From Solirubrobacterales bacterium (GTDB lineage Bacteria; Actinomycetota; Thermoleophilia; Solirubrobacterales; 70-9), in the NCBI GenBank assembly GCA_035712345.1, contig DASTAY010000048.1, positions 67,179 through 131,178 of the forward strand: 64,000 nucleotides of DNA, written 5' to 3'. Below the pieces are notes generated by a model that made no database searches, was not told the origin of the DNA, and saw nothing but the letters and a program-made list of their open reading frames with translations. This document shows, piece after piece, positions 35,941-46,956 of the stretch (positions are counted from its first letter, which is position 1; each line of letters opens with the position of its first letter). The position numbers and the translations under genes were made by a program.

Positions 35941-36411
35941 TCAGAGGTCTAGCTCGTAGTAGAGCATGCGCGGGCCGTCGGGGGCGCCTTCGCGGTTGGT
36001 CAAGCCGCAGCTTTCGTATAGGGCTCTTGCTTCAATGTCTTCTTCGCCGGTGGTCAGCTCGAAGTGGTTGGCGCCCGCGGCGCGGGCCGCTTCGATTGCG
36101 GTGGTGAGCAGCGCTCGGCCGATGCCGCGGCCGCGCTGGCCGGGAACTACGTAGAGCTCTTCCAGGTAGACGTCTTCAGCGCTTGACCAGAGCGAGGGGC
36201 GGATACGGAACAGGGCGATTCCGATCGCCGGCTCATCGCCCGCCAGGAGCACGACTATCGACTCCGTGGCAAGCAGCTCGCGGATGCGCTCGGCGAGGAC
36301 TGGGATGGGCGGCGTCGGGTCGTCGTATTCGGTGTTGAAGTCGTGCAGGAGGCGGGCGATGTCGGTGGCGTCCTCGACGCCGGCCCGGCGGATCTGGCTG
36401 TGCTCGTCCAC
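35941..36411 (-). CDS. GNAT-family N-acetyltransferase (start GTG 36411 or 36417)
   Basis: It has acetyl-CoA binding motif A (VVPGQRGRGIGRALL). AGGAG lies 5 nt upstream of the GTG at 36411. Confidence 0.75.
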   Translation of the reverse strand: MDEHSQIRRAGVEDATDIARLLHDFNTEYDDPTPPIPVLAERIRELLATESIVVLLAGDEPAIGIALFRIRPSLWSSAEDVYLEELYVVPGQRGRGIGRALLTTAIEAARAAGANHFELTTGEEDIEARALYESCGLTNREGAPDGPRMLYYELDL

Positions 36412-36460
36412 GCTCACTCCTGGGTGAGAGCTTGGCAGGGCTCTCCAATACGCTGCGGCC

Positions 36461-37558
36461 GTGAGCGACGCCGGTCTCCGCCGCACCCCCCTCTACGAAC
36501 GCCACGCCGAGCTCGGCGCCAAGCTGGTGCCGTTCGCCGGCTGGGAGATGCCCGTGCAGTACGAGGGGGTGCGCGAGGAGCACATGGCGGTGCGGACGCA
36601 TGCCGGGATGTTCGACGTCTCCCACATGGGCGAGGTCGAGGTCGAGGGCCCAGGGGCGCTCGCCTTCCTCCAGCGGGCCCTCTCCAACGACGTCGCCGCG
36701 ATATCGATCGGCGGCGCCCAGTACTCCTGTCTCTGCAACGAGCAGGGCGGCGTCCTCGACGACCTCTTCGCCTATCGGCTGGGGGGCGACCGCTATCTGC
36801 TCGTCACCAACTCGGCCAACCACGCCGCCGACCTCGCCTGGCTCGGTCGCTGGAGCCGCGGCTTCGACGTCGCGGTGCGCGACGTCGCCGACCGCTACGC
36901 GATGCTCGCCGTGCAGGGCCCGCACGCGCGGGCGATCGCCGGCGCCACGCTGGCGATCGGGCTGCCGGCGCGGATGCGCATCGCGGCGGAGCGGATCGGC
37001 AGGCGTCCGGCGCTGGTCTGCGGGACCGGCTACACCGGCGAGGACGGGGTCGAGCTCCTGATCGACCCCGAGGTCGTGCCGGCGATCTGGGCCGAGCTGC
37101 TCGACGCGGGGGTCGTCCCCTGCGGGCTCGGCGCCCGCGACACGCTGCGCCTGGAGGCCTGCTTCCACCTGCACGGCAACGACCTCAGCCCCGATCGCAA
37201 CCCGATCGAGGCCGGGCTCGGCTGGTGCTGTCGGGAGGCGACCGGGTTCATCGGCGCCGAGGCCGTCGCCCGGGCGCGAGCCGAGGGCACCGCCGAGCGC
37301 CTGGCGCCGTTCAAGATCGAGGGCGCGGGAATCCCCCGCCAGGGCAACCCGGTTCTGGCCGACGGGGAGCGGGCCGGCGTCGTGACCAGCGGCAGCTTCT
37401 CGCCCTCGCTGGAGATCGGCATCGGCATGGCCTATGTGCGTACCGAGCTCGCCGAGCCAGGCACGGAGGTCGAGATCGACGTGCGAGGCAAGCGCCGCGC
37501 CGCCCGTATAGCGTCCAAGCCCCTCTACGAGAGCCCCTCGTCCCGGAAGGAGAACTGA
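36461..37558 (+). CDS. gcvT: glycine cleavage system aminomethyltransferase (T protein)
   Basis: It has LRRTPLYERH..GAKLVPFAGWEMPVQY..FDVSHMGE motifs. Confidence 0.93.
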   Translation: MSDAGLRRTPLYERHAELGAKLVPFAGWEMPVQYEGVREEHMAVRTHAGMFDVSHMGEVEVEGPGALAFLQRALSNDVAAISIGGAQYSCLCNEQGGVLDDLFAYRLGGDRYLLVTNSANHAADLAWLGRWSRGFDVAVRDVADRYAMLAVQGPHARAIAGATLAIGLPARMRIAAERIGRRPALVCGTGYTGEDGVELLIDPEVVPAIWAELLDAGVVPCGLGARDTLRLEACFHLHGNDLSPDRNPIEAGLGWCCREATGFIGAEAVARARAEGTAERLAPFKIEGAGIPRQGNPVLADGERAGVVTSGSFSPSLEIGIGMAYVRTELAEPGTEVEIDVRGKRRAARIASKPLYESPSSRKEN

Positions 37559-37560
37559 GC

Positions 37561-37953
37561 TTGGCCGACGCGAGCTACCCCGACGACCTGCTGTACCACG
37601 ACCAGCACGACTGGGCGCGCCTGGAGGGGGACGAGCACGCCGTCTTCGGGGTCACCTGGTACGCCCAGGACAGCCTCGGGGAGGTCGTCTTCTACGACCC
37701 GCCCGAGGCAGGGGCGACCGTCGACAAAGACGCCTCGTATGCCGAGGTCGAGTCGGTCAAGGCGGTCTCCGACGTGATCGCGCCGCTCTCCGGCGAGATC
37801 GTCGCGGTCAACGACTCCCTCGCCGACGCGCCCGAGAAGATCAACGAGGACCCCTACGGAGAGGGTTGGCTGGTCAAGGTGAAGTTGACCGCGCCGGCCG
37901 AGGCGGACGCGTTGCTCAGCGCCGAGGAATATCGCAAATTGCTCGATGGCTAG
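37561..37953 (+). CDS. gcvH: glycine cleavage system H protein (TTG start)
   Basis: TTG at 37561 lies 2 nt after the gcvT stop, with GGAGAA upstream. The lipoyl-lysine motif is EVESVKAVSDVIAPLSGEI. Confidence 0.88.
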   Translation: MADASYPDDLLYHDQHDWARLEGDEHAVFGVTWYAQDSLGEVVFYDPPEAGATVDKDASYAEVESVKAVSDVIAPLSGEIVAVNDSLADAPEKINEDPYGEGWLVKVKLTAPAEADALLSAEEYRKLLDG

Positions 37954-37992
37954 CGCGCCGCCCGCGCCTCCCGCTTCCGTAGCCTTGACGGC

Positions 37993-39396
<1,404 letters not shown>

Positions 39397-39398
39397 CC

Positions 39399-40913
39399 GT
39401 GCTCGCGGAGACCCCGATGCAGCGCGAACGCGCCGAAACGATCTTCGAGAAATCAAAGCCCGGGCGCCGCGCCGCGGTCCTGCCCGAGGCCGAAGTCCCG
39501 GAGCCGACCCTGGAGGAGTTGATCCCGGCGAAGCTGCTGCGCTCCGAGCCGCCGCGCCTGCCGGAGATCGCCGAGCCCGAGATCGTCCGCCACTACAACC
39601 GCCTCTCGCGGCGCAACTTCGATCTCGACTCCGGCTTCTACCCGCTCGGCTCCTGCACGATGAAGCACAACCCGCGCCTCAACGAGCGCATCGCGGCGCT
39701 GCCGGGCCACGCCCGGCTGCACCCCGCCCAGGACCCGAAACGCGCCCAGGGGGCGCTGGAGCTGATGTGGCTGCTGCAGCGCTCGCTGGCCGAGATCTGC
39801 GGCCTGCCGCACGTCAGCCTGCAGCCCTCGGCCGGCTCGCACGGCGAGCTCGGCGGCCTGTTGCTGACGCGTGCCTTCCACGCCGACCGCGGCGAAGCGC
39901 GCCACAAGGTGCTCGCGCCCGACACCTCGCACGGCACCAACCCCGCTTCGGTGACGATGGCCGGCTACGAGATCGTCAAGGTCGCCACCGACGAGCGCGG
40001 CGGGGTCGAGATGGACGACCTGCGGGCCAAGGTCGACGACGACGTCGCCTGCCTGATGCTGACCAACCCCAACACGCTCGGCCTCTTCGACGAGAACATC
40101 GCCGAGATCGCCGGCCTGATCCATCAGGTGGGGGGGACGCTCTACTACGACGGCGCCAACCTCAACGCGGTGATGGGCCAGTCGCGCCCCGGCGACATGG
40201 GCTTCGACATCGTCCACGTCAACCTGCACAAGTCGTTCAGCCAGCCGCACGGTGGCGGCGGGCCGGGGGCGGGACCGATCGCGGTGTCGGACCGGATCGA
40301 GCCCTTCCTGCCCCGCCCCCAGGTCGTGCGCCGCGAGAGCGGCAACGGCAGCGGGCCGCACTTCGACCTCGACCACGAGCGCCCGAAGTCGATCGGCCGC
40401 CTGCGCGGCTTCCAGGGCAACTTCGGCGTCTTCGTCCGCTCCTACGCCTACATCCTCAGCCTCGGCGCCGACGGCCTCGCCGAGGCGTCGGAGACGGCCG
40501 TGCTGAACGCCAACTACCTGAAGGCGCGCCTCGCCGGGGGCCGCGCCGGCACGCACCTGCCGATCGCGTTCGATCGGCACTGCATGCACGAGTTCGTCCT
40601 CTCCGGCAAGCCGATGAAGAAGGAGCTCGGCGTCGCCACCCTCGACCTCGCCAAGCGCCTGCTCGACTTCGGCTTCCACCCGCCGACCGTCTACTTCCCG
40701 CTCCTGGTCGAGGAGGCGCTGATGGTCGAGCCGACCGAGACCGAGACCAAGGAGAGCCTCGACGCCTTCGCCGAGGCGATCGAGCAGATCCTCGCCGAGG
40801 CCGAGGCGGACCCCGAGAAGGCCAAGAGCGCTCCCTACACGACCCCAGTGCGCCGCCTCGACGAGGTCAAGGCGACCCGCAGGCCGGTCGTGCGCCAGTC
40901 GCTGGGCGGCTAG
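39399..40913 (+). CDS. gcvPB: glycine dehydrogenase (decarboxylating) subunit 2
   Basis: This 504-aa ORF has the PLP lysine context NLHKSFSQPHGGGGPGAGP. Confidence 0.92.
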   Translation: MLAETPMQRERAETIFEKSKPGRRAAVLPEAEVPEPTLEELIPAKLLRSEPPRLPEIAEPEIVRHYNRLSRRNFDLDSGFYPLGSCTMKHNPRLNERIAALPGHARLHPAQDPKRAQGALELMWLLQRSLAEICGLPHVSLQPSAGSHGELGGLLLTRAFHADRGEARHKVLAPDTSHGTNPASVTMAGYEIVKVATDERGGVEMDDLRAKVDDDVACLMLTNPNTLGLFDENIAEIAGLIHQVGGTLYYDGANLNAVMGQSRPGDMGFDIVHVNLHKSFSQPHGGGGPGAGPIAVSDRIEPFLPRPQVVRRESGNGSGPHFDLDHERPKSIGRLRGFQGNFGVFVRSYAYILSLGADGLAEASETAVLNANYLKARLAGGRAGTHLPIAFDRHCMHEFVLSGKPMKKELGVATLDLAKRLLDFGFHPPTVYFPLLVEEALMVEPTETETKESLDAFAEAIEQILAEAEADPEKAKSAPYTTPVRRLDEVKATRRPVVRQSLGG

Positions 40914-41854
40914 CCGAGGCCCTCGGCAAAGCCGGTCCGCCAGCTCGGGTAACGCGGCTGCCAGTCGAGCTCCCGCTTTGCCTTGGCGTTCGAGGCGCCG
41001 CGTATCTCGGTCATCATCACGACCGCCGCCTCACCCGCGAGGAGGCGGCCGAGCCAGCGCGGGACCCGCCGCGGAGGCTTGGCGCCGACCGCGGCCGCAA
41101 ACGCCGGCAGCCACTCCGAGACCGGGGCGGGGTCGTCGTCGACGACGTTGTAGACACCGGGTGAGCCCTTGGTGACCGCAGCGGCGGTCGCCGTCGCGGC
41201 GTCCTCGATGTGGACGAAGGACCACACGCCCTGGCCGTCGCCGACCACCGGGAACTTCCGCTTGCGCACCGCCTCGATCTGCTCGCCGCCGGGCCTGCCG
41301 GCCGAGGTGTATGGGCCGTAGAAGCCCCCATAGCGCAGGACCAGCCCCTCGATCCCCTCGGCGCCCGTCACCGTCCTCTCCAGACGTTCGATCGCCTCCA
41401 GGCTGCGGCGGAACTGCTCGGGCGGATCGGGGTCGAGCGGGTCCTCCTCGCTCTTGACCGGGCCGCCCGTGCGCGCATAGGGCCAGCTCGCGTAGCTCTG
41501 GGCGACGAAGCGCCTTGCGCCCACCGCGCGCGCCGCGGCGAGCAGGTTGTCGGTGCCCTCGGTGCGCAGCCGGTTGGTCATCGCGAAGTCGCGATCGAAG
41601 TGCCGCGGCTCGAGATTGCCGGGGATCGAGGTCAGCTCGTGCAGGATGACCTCCGGCTCGGCCGCGGTGACCGCGCGGGCGACCGCGTCGGGGTCGAGCG
41701 CGTCGGCGGCGACGTGGCGGGCGCCGAGGCTCCGGACCAGGTCATGCTTGGACTCCGACCTGGTCATTCCGACGACCTCGTGACCGTCGGCGACCAGGCG
41801 CGGGATCAGGTGCCTGCCCATCGCACCGCCGGCGCCCGCGAGGAAGACCTGCAT
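40910..41854 (-). CDS. NAD-dependent epimerase/dehydratase family protein
   Basis: It has the N-terminal Rossmann motif MQVFLAGAGGAMGRHLIPRL and is 314 aa long. Confidence 0.75.
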   Translation of the reverse strand: MQVFLAGAGGAMGRHLIPRLVADGHEVVGMTRSESKHDLVRSLGARHVAADALDPDAVARAVTAAEPEVILHELTSIPGNLEPRHFDRDFAMTNRLRTEGTDNLLAAARAVGARRFVAQSYASWPYARTGGPVKSEEDPLDPDPPEQFRRSLEAIERLERTVTGAEGIEGLVLRYGGFYGPYTSAGRPGGEQIEAVRKRKFPVVGDGQGVWSFVHIEDAATATAAAVTKGSPGVYNVVDDDPAPVSEWLPAFAAAVGAKPPRRVPRWLGRLLAGEAAVVMMTEIRGASNAKAKRELDWQPRYPSWRTGFAEGLG

Positions 41855-41879
41855 GGATGCACCGTAGCGCTGTCGTGCT

Positions 41880-42794
41880 TCAGAGCTCGGGCAGGTCTTG
41901 CTCCAGCTCGAGCACCGGGGCGAAGAGGTCGCCGTGCTCCTCGATCCGCTCGAGCACCTGGCCGGCTTCGAAGGCGAGCCGGGAGCCGTCGCCGCTGTCG
42001 GCGGTCGCCTCGACCTCCTCCCAGGTAATCGGGGTCGAGGCGGTCGGGCGTTCGCGCGCGCGCAGCGAGTAGACGGCGATCGTCGTCTTGCGTTGGTGGT
42101 TCTGCGACCAGTCGACGAAGACCTTGCCCTCGCGTTCGACCTTCTTCATCTTCGAGACGACCTCGTCCGGGGTCTGCTTCTCGAGCAGCTGGGCGATCGC
42201 TTTGGCGAACGGTTTGGTCTGCTCGTAGGAGGCTTTCCCGTTGAGCGGGACGTAGACCTGCAGGCCCTTGGAGCCGGAGGTCTTGGCGAAGCTCTCGACG
42301 TCGAAGTGGGCGAAGAGCTCACGCAGGCGCAGGCCGACCCGGCAGCAGTCGACGACGTCCGCCGGCGGGCCGGGGTCGAGGTCGAAGGCGAGCACGGTCG
42401 GCCGCTTCGGCGCCCGCGAGAGCGAGAGCGAGGGATGCAGCTCGATCGCCGCCAGCTGCGCCATCCAGATCAACGTCGGCAGGCTGTCGCAGACGCAGAA
42501 GTCGATCTTGCCCGCGTGGGGCCCGGCTTCGACCCGGGCGGTCTTCACCCATTTCGGCCGGTGCTTGGGGCAGCGCTTCTCGAAGAAGGCGGCGTCGAGG
42601 TCCTCGACGCCTTCGGGGAAGCGGCGCAGGGTCACGGCGCGGCCGTTGAGATGGGGCACGATCGTCTCGGCCACCTTGGCGTAGTAGTCGACCATCTCGC
42701 CCTTGGTGAAGCCGGTCTGCGGATAGAGCACCTTGTCGAGGTTGGTGAGCTTCAGCTCACGGCCGTCGACCTCGACCTGGCGGCTGCCGGCCAT
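41880..42794 (-). CDS. stand-alone LigD polymerase/primase (PolDom) domain protein for NHEJ
   Basis: It has LKLTNLDKVLYP, FFEKRCP, FDLDP and SGSKGLQVYVPL motifs of the AEP-type LigD polymerase domain. Its start lies 3 nt after the ku stop. No ligase or nuclease domain is in this ORF. Confidence 0.85.
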   Translation of the reverse strand: MAGSRQVEVDGRELKLTNLDKVLYPQTGFTKGEMVDYYAKVAETIVPHLNGRAVTLRRFPEGVEDLDAAFFEKRCPKHRPKWVKTARVEAGPHAGKIDFCVCDSLPTLIWMAQLAAIELHPSLSLSRAPKRPTVLAFDLDPGPPADVVDCCRVGLRLRELFAHFDVESFAKTSGSKGLQVYVPLNGKASYEQTKPFAKAIAQLLEKQTPDEVVSKMKKVEREGKVFVDWSQNHQRKTTIAVYSLRARERPTASTPITWEEVEATADSGDGSRLAFEAGQVLERIEEHGDLFAPVLELEQDLPEL

Positions 42795-42797
42795 CGC

Positions 42798-43697
42798 TTA
42801 TTTCGAGGCTTTGGCTTTTTTGCCGGCGGAGCGTTTCTTCGGCGCGGCCTTGCCCTTTTTCTTGCTCGAGGCTCGCGCGTTGGCCTTGGCAGGTTTCGCC
42901 CCGCCCTTCTGCTCCTTGACCGCGGCGATGCTCTCCTCCAGCGCGCTCATCAGGTCGGGGGCGGCGGTCGCCTTGGGCTCCTCGGTCTCGGGCGCACTGA
43001 GCACGTCCTCGCCCTCGGCCTTGCGTTCGATCAGCGAGAGGAGCTGCTCGCGGTACTCGTCGCGGTAGGCGCCGGGATCGAACTCGGTGGTCAGCGACTC
43101 GATCAGCTGCTCGGCCATCTCGACCTCTTTCTTCGCCACCTTCTGCTCCCCCTGGGGAAGCTCCTCCTCGAGCTCGGACGGGGACACGACCTCGTCGGCG
43201 AAGCGCATCGTGGTCAGCGTCAACACGCCGTCGCCCGGGCGCAGCGCCGCGAGGTGCTCCTTGTTGCGGAAGACGAAGCGGGCGATCGCCACCTTGCCCG
43301 ACTCCTGCATGGCCTTGGCCAGCAGCGAGTAGGCTTTCTCGGCGCCCTCCGCCGGGCCCAGGTAATAGGGGCTGTCGAAGTAGATCGGGTCGATCTGGTC
43401 GAGGTCGACGAAGTCCTGCACCTCGATCGCACGGGTCTTCTCGGGCGCCAGCGCCGATATCTCGTCCTTGCTCAGCGGCACGTAGCGGTCGGGGGTGATC
43501 TCGAAGGCCTTGACGATCTCGCCATAGGGAACCTCCTCGTCGGTTCCCTCGGCGACCCGCCGGTGTTTGATCCGCGCGCCGTCGGACTCGCGGATCTCAC
43601 GCAGCGAGATGCCGCGGCGCGCAACCGCGCTGTAGAGCTTCACGGGCACGTTGAGCAGCCCGAAGCTGATCGTTCCGCTCCAAATCGCTCTCGCCAT
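42798..43697 (-). CDS. ku: Ku protein with Lys-rich C-terminal tail
   Basis: ATG at 43697 gives MARAIWSGTISFGLLNVPVKLYSA (canonical bacterial Ku N-terminus). The C-terminus is KKKGKAAPKKRSAGKKAKASK. The 535-aa track ORF is an artefactual extension. Confidence 0.92.
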   Translation of the reverse strand: MARAIWSGTISFGLLNVPVKLYSAVARRGISLREIRESDGARIKHRRVAEGTDEEVPYGEIVKAFEITPDRYVPLSKDEISALAPEKTRAIEVQDFVDLDQIDPIYFDSPYYLGPAEGAEKAYSLLAKAMQESGKVAIARFVFRNKEHLAALRPGDGVLTLTTMRFADEVVSPSELEEELPQGEQKVAKKEVEMAEQLIESLTTEFDPGAYRDEYREQLLSLIERKAEGEDVLSAPETEEPKATAAPDLMSALEESIAAVKEQKGGAKPAKANARASSKKKGKAAPKKRSAGKKAKASK

Positions 43698-43844
43698 CAG
43701 CGCATCACCTACCCGGATTCTGGCAGCAGGGCACCGATCGTTGCCACGGACCGGCGGCGCGAGAGCCTTCTTGCGTCCCACTTGGCGACTAGCCCCCTGA
43801 AGGGGGCGGTAACTCGCCCACGGATGGTGAGGGATCATCCCCCG

Positions 43845-44501
43845 ATGCTGTTCGAGCTTCGCGAAGTCAGCCTCGCCCGCGGCGGTCGCCGCGTGCTCGA
43901 CTCGGTCGGCGCCGAGATCGAGACCGGCGCGACGGCGATCGTCGGCCCCTCGGGCAGCGGCAAGTCGACCCTGCTGCGCCTGCTCAACCGCCTTGCCGAT
44001 CCCGATAGGGGGGCGATCTCCTATCGCGAGCGGCCGCTCGTCGAGTACGACCCGCTGGTGTTGCGGCACGAGGTCTCGCTGGTGCCGCAACTGCCCACCC
44101 TGCTGGACGGGACGGTCGGGTCGAACCTGCGCTACGCGGCCGGCCTGGCAGGCAAGGATCTCGATGCGAGCCGCTGCCTCGGCCTCGCCGGCCTCGACCC
44201 CGCCTTCGCCGAACGCGACGTGACGAAGCTCTCGGTCGGCGAGCAGCAGCGGGTGATGCTCGCGCGAGCGCTGGCCCAGGAGCCGGACGTGCTGCTGCTC
44301 GACGAGCCGACCTCGGCGCTCGACCACGCCGCCCGCGACGCGGTCGAGGCGACGCTGCTGCGACTGCGCCGCGAGCTCGACATCTCGTTGATCGTCGTCA
44401 GTCACGACCCCGAGCAGGCGCGCCGACTCGCCGAGCGCGCGGTGCGGCTGGAAGCGGGTCGAGTCGTCGCTTGCGGTCCCCTCGAGGAGGCGCTCGCGTG
44501 A
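43845..44501 (+). CDS. ABC transporter ATP-binding protein (FetA/YbbL-like)
   Basis: It has Walker A (GPSGSGKSTL), the signature LSVGEQQR and Walker B (LLLDEPTSALD). The alternative ATG at 43824 is also in frame. Confidence 0.85.
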   Translation: MLFELREVSLARGGRRVLDSVGAEIETGATAIVGPSGSGKSTLLRLLNRLADPDRGAISYRERPLVEYDPLVLRHEVSLVPQLPTLLDGTVGSNLRYAAGLAGKDLDASRCLGLAGLDPAFAERDVTKLSVGEQQRVMLARALAQEPDVLLLDEPTSALDHAARDAVEATLLRLRRELDISLIVVSHDPEQARRLAERAVRLEAGRVVACGPLEEALA

Positions 44502-45268
44502 GCACCTCGATCCACGTCTCGCTCGGCCAGGTCGCCGCCGCGCTGGCGCTGGTCGCGCTCGCCGCGGCGATCTCCTTCTGGCGGCGCACCGACCTCGAGC
44601 GCGACATCGGGATCGCCACGGTCCGCTCGCTCGTCCAGCTGACCGCGATCGGCTACGCGATCAAGCTGATCTTCGACGCCGACACGATCTGGCTCGTCGT
44701 CGCGCTGCTCTCGGTGATGATCCTCTTCGGCGCGCTCACCGCGCGCAGTCGCGCGAAGAAGGTCCCCGGCGCCTTCTGGCCGCTGCTGATCGGGCTGGCG
44801 ATCGCCGCCACCTCGACCCTCGGGCTGGTCGTCGCGCTCGGCATCTTCGAAGCGACGCCGCGCTATCTGGTCCCGGTCGGAGGGATGATGATCGGCAACG
44901 CGATGACCGCCTCGGCGGTGGCGCTCAACCGCCTCGGCGACGAGGTGAGCGAGTCCCGCGCCGCGATCGAGGCGACGCTGGCGCTTGGCGCGACCGCCCG
45001 CGAAGCGGCGGCTCCCTTCGTCCGCCGCGCCCTGCGCTCCGGCACGATCGCCCTGGTCGACTCGACCAAGACCACCGGCCTGATCTTCTTCCCGGGCACG
45101 ATGGTCGGCATGCTGCTTGCCGGCGCCGAACCGACCGACGCGGTCCGCCTGCAGCTGATCCTCCTCTACGCCCTGCTCGGCAGCACCGCGATCGCCGCGC
45201 TCGTCGCCACCGGCCTCGCCTATCGCAACTTCTTCACTCCGGCCCAGCAGTTGCGCGAGTTGGACTGA
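44498..45268 (+). CDS. UPF0014/FetB-like ABC transporter permease
   Basis: GTG overlaps the ATPase stop (GTGA). The product is polytopic with IATVRSLVQLTAIGY and MMIGNAMTA, typical of the YbbM/FetB family. Confidence 0.75.
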   Translation: MSTSIHVSLGQVAAALALVALAAAISFWRRTDLERDIGIATVRSLVQLTAIGYAIKLIFDADTIWLVVALLSVMILFGALTARSRAKKVPGAFWPLLIGLAIAATSTLGLVVALGIFEATPRYLVPVGGMMIGNAMTASAVALNRLGDEVSESRAAIEATLALGATAREAAAPFVRRALRSGTIALVDSTKTTGLIFFPGTMVGMLLAGAEPTDAVRLQLILLYALLGSTAIAALVATGLAYRNFFTPAQQLRELD

Positions 45269-45291
45269 GGGCCTCTCCTTACACTGGGCGG

Positions 45292-46920
45292 GTGTCCCGC
45301 CAGCAGCGCCTGACGCTGATCGCGACGATCCTCGGCTCGACGGTCGTCTTCCTCGACTCGACCGTCGTCAACGTGGCGCTGCCGGCCATCGCCGATGGGT
45401 TGGACGCCGGCCTGGCCGGCCAGCAATGGGTGGTCGAGGCCTACATGCTGACCCTCGTCTCGCTGCTGCTCGTCGGCGGCTCGCTCGGCGACCAGTTCGG
45501 GCGGCGGCGGATGTTCGTCGCCGGCCTGATCGCCTTCGGCGCGACCTCGATCCTCTGCGCGGTCTCGCCCTCGGTCGAGTTCCTGATCGGTGCCCGCGCG
45601 CTGCAGGGAATCGCCGGGGCGCTGCTGGTCCCGGGCTCGCTGGCGATCGTCGCCGCCACCTTCGAGGGGGCCGAGCGCGGCAGGGCGGTCGGCACCTGGA
45701 CGGCCTGGACGGGGATCGCGACCGTGCTCGGCCCGGCCGGCGGCGGGGCGCTGGTCAGCGCGCTCTCCTGGCGCGCGATCTTCTGGGTCAACATCCCGTT
45801 GATCGCGATCACGGTGGCGCTCTGCCTGCACTCGGTGCGCGAGTCGCGCGATCCGGATGCCTTCCACGGCATCGACTGGCTCGGCATCGCGCTGTCGGCC
45901 GCCGGACTCGCCGGCCCGGTATTCGCCCTGGTCGAGCAGCCGACCCGCGGCTGGGGGGATCCGGTCGTCTGGGTCTCGATGCTCGTGGGGATCATCTGCT
46001 TCTCCCTCTTCGTCGTCTGGGAGGCGCGCGCCCGCCACCCGATGCTCGAGCTGTCGCTGTTCAAGGTGCGCAACTTTCGCGTCGCCAACCTGACCACGCT
46101 CGCCGCCTACGCCGGCCTGATCGGTGGCCTCTTCTTCGTCGGCCTCTTCCTCCAGCAGGTCGGGGGCTACACGCCGCTGGAGGCGGGCCTGGCGACGACG
46201 CCGGTCTCCTTGATCCTCTTCTTCCTCTCGCCCCGCTGGGGCAAGCTCGCCTCCGGCACCGGCCCGCGGTTGCCGATGAGCCTGGGCCCGATCGTCGGTG
46301 GGGTCGGCCTGATCCTGTTGATGCGCGTCGGCTCGGACCCGAGCTACGTCGCCGACGTCCTGCCGGCGATCCTCGTCTTCGGCCTCGGCCTGTCCGCGAC
46401 GGTGGCGCCGCTCACCGCGACCGTGCTCGACTCGGTCGAGGAACGCCACGTCGGCATCGCCTCCGGCGTCAACAACGGCGTCTCGCGCGTCGCCGGCCTG
46501 CTCGCGATCGCCGTGCTCGGCGCGGTGATCTCGGCCAGCTTCGGCTCGAGCATCGACGGCAACCTCGGCGACGCGCCGCTCAGCCGGGCGGCCGACAGCG
46601 CCGTCGGCGAAGCCAAGGAACAGCCGCTGGGAGTGCCAGGGAGCGACGGCATGTCGAGTGACGAAGCGGCGCGGGTGCGCTCGGCGGCCGCCGACGCCTC
46701 GACCTCGGCCTTCCATCTCGGCGTCCTCATCGCCGGCCTGCTGATGATCGCCGGCGGCGCCTTCGCCGGCTTCGGCATCGAGAACCCGAAGCGCCCCGCC
46801 GAAGCGATCCCGAGCCGCGGCTCCGCCCAGGCCGGCGAGTGCGGCCACGGCCCTGACGCCGACTGCAGCGACCGAAAACAGCTTCCCCCAGCCGACTCGG
46901 CGGAGCCCGAACCTGCTTGA
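45292..46920 (+). CDS. MFS transporter, DHA2 (14-TMS, EmrB/QacA-like) family
   Basis: This 542-aa ORF has LDSTVVNVALPAI and GGSLGDQFGRRRMF motifs. Confidence 0.8.
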   Translation: MSRQQRLTLIATILGSTVVFLDSTVVNVALPAIADGLDAGLAGQQWVVEAYMLTLVSLLLVGGSLGDQFGRRRMFVAGLIAFGATSILCAVSPSVEFLIGARALQGIAGALLVPGSLAIVAATFEGAERGRAVGTWTAWTGIATVLGPAGGGALVSALSWRAIFWVNIPLIAITVALCLHSVRESRDPDAFHGIDWLGIALSAAGLAGPVFALVEQPTRGWGDPVVWVSMLVGIICFSLFVVWEARARHPMLELSLFKVRNFRVANLTTLAAYAGLIGGLFFVGLFLQQVGGYTPLEAGLATTPVSLILFFLSPRWGKLASGTGPRLPMSLGPIVGGVGLILLMRVGSDPSYVADVLPAILVFGLGLSATVAPLTATVLDSVEERHVGIASGVNNGVSRVAGLLAIAVLGAVISASFGSSIDGNLGDAPLSRAADSAVGEAKEQPLGVPGSDGMSSDEAARVRSAAADASTSAFHLGVLIAGLLMIAGGAFAGFGIENPKRPAEAIPSRGSAQAGECGHGPDADCSDRKQLPPADSAEPEPA

Positions 46921-46956
46921 CGGGTGGTGACTCGGCGGAGTCCGATCCGCGTGACA

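Noticed and set aside
41898-44501. An 867-aa plus-strand ORF spans the ligD-pol and ku region and continues into the ABC ATPase.
   Set aside because: Only the last ~218 codons (from ATG 43845) resemble a protein (ABC ATPase). The upstream part is antisense to ku and ligD-pol and is low-complexity.
46893-46940. A 12-nt direct repeat GACTCGGCGGAG (46893 and 46929) lies near copy 2 of the element and could be a target-site duplication.
   Set aside because: Both copies lie on the same (upstream) side of the element, so they cannot be a flanking duplication generated by insertion.
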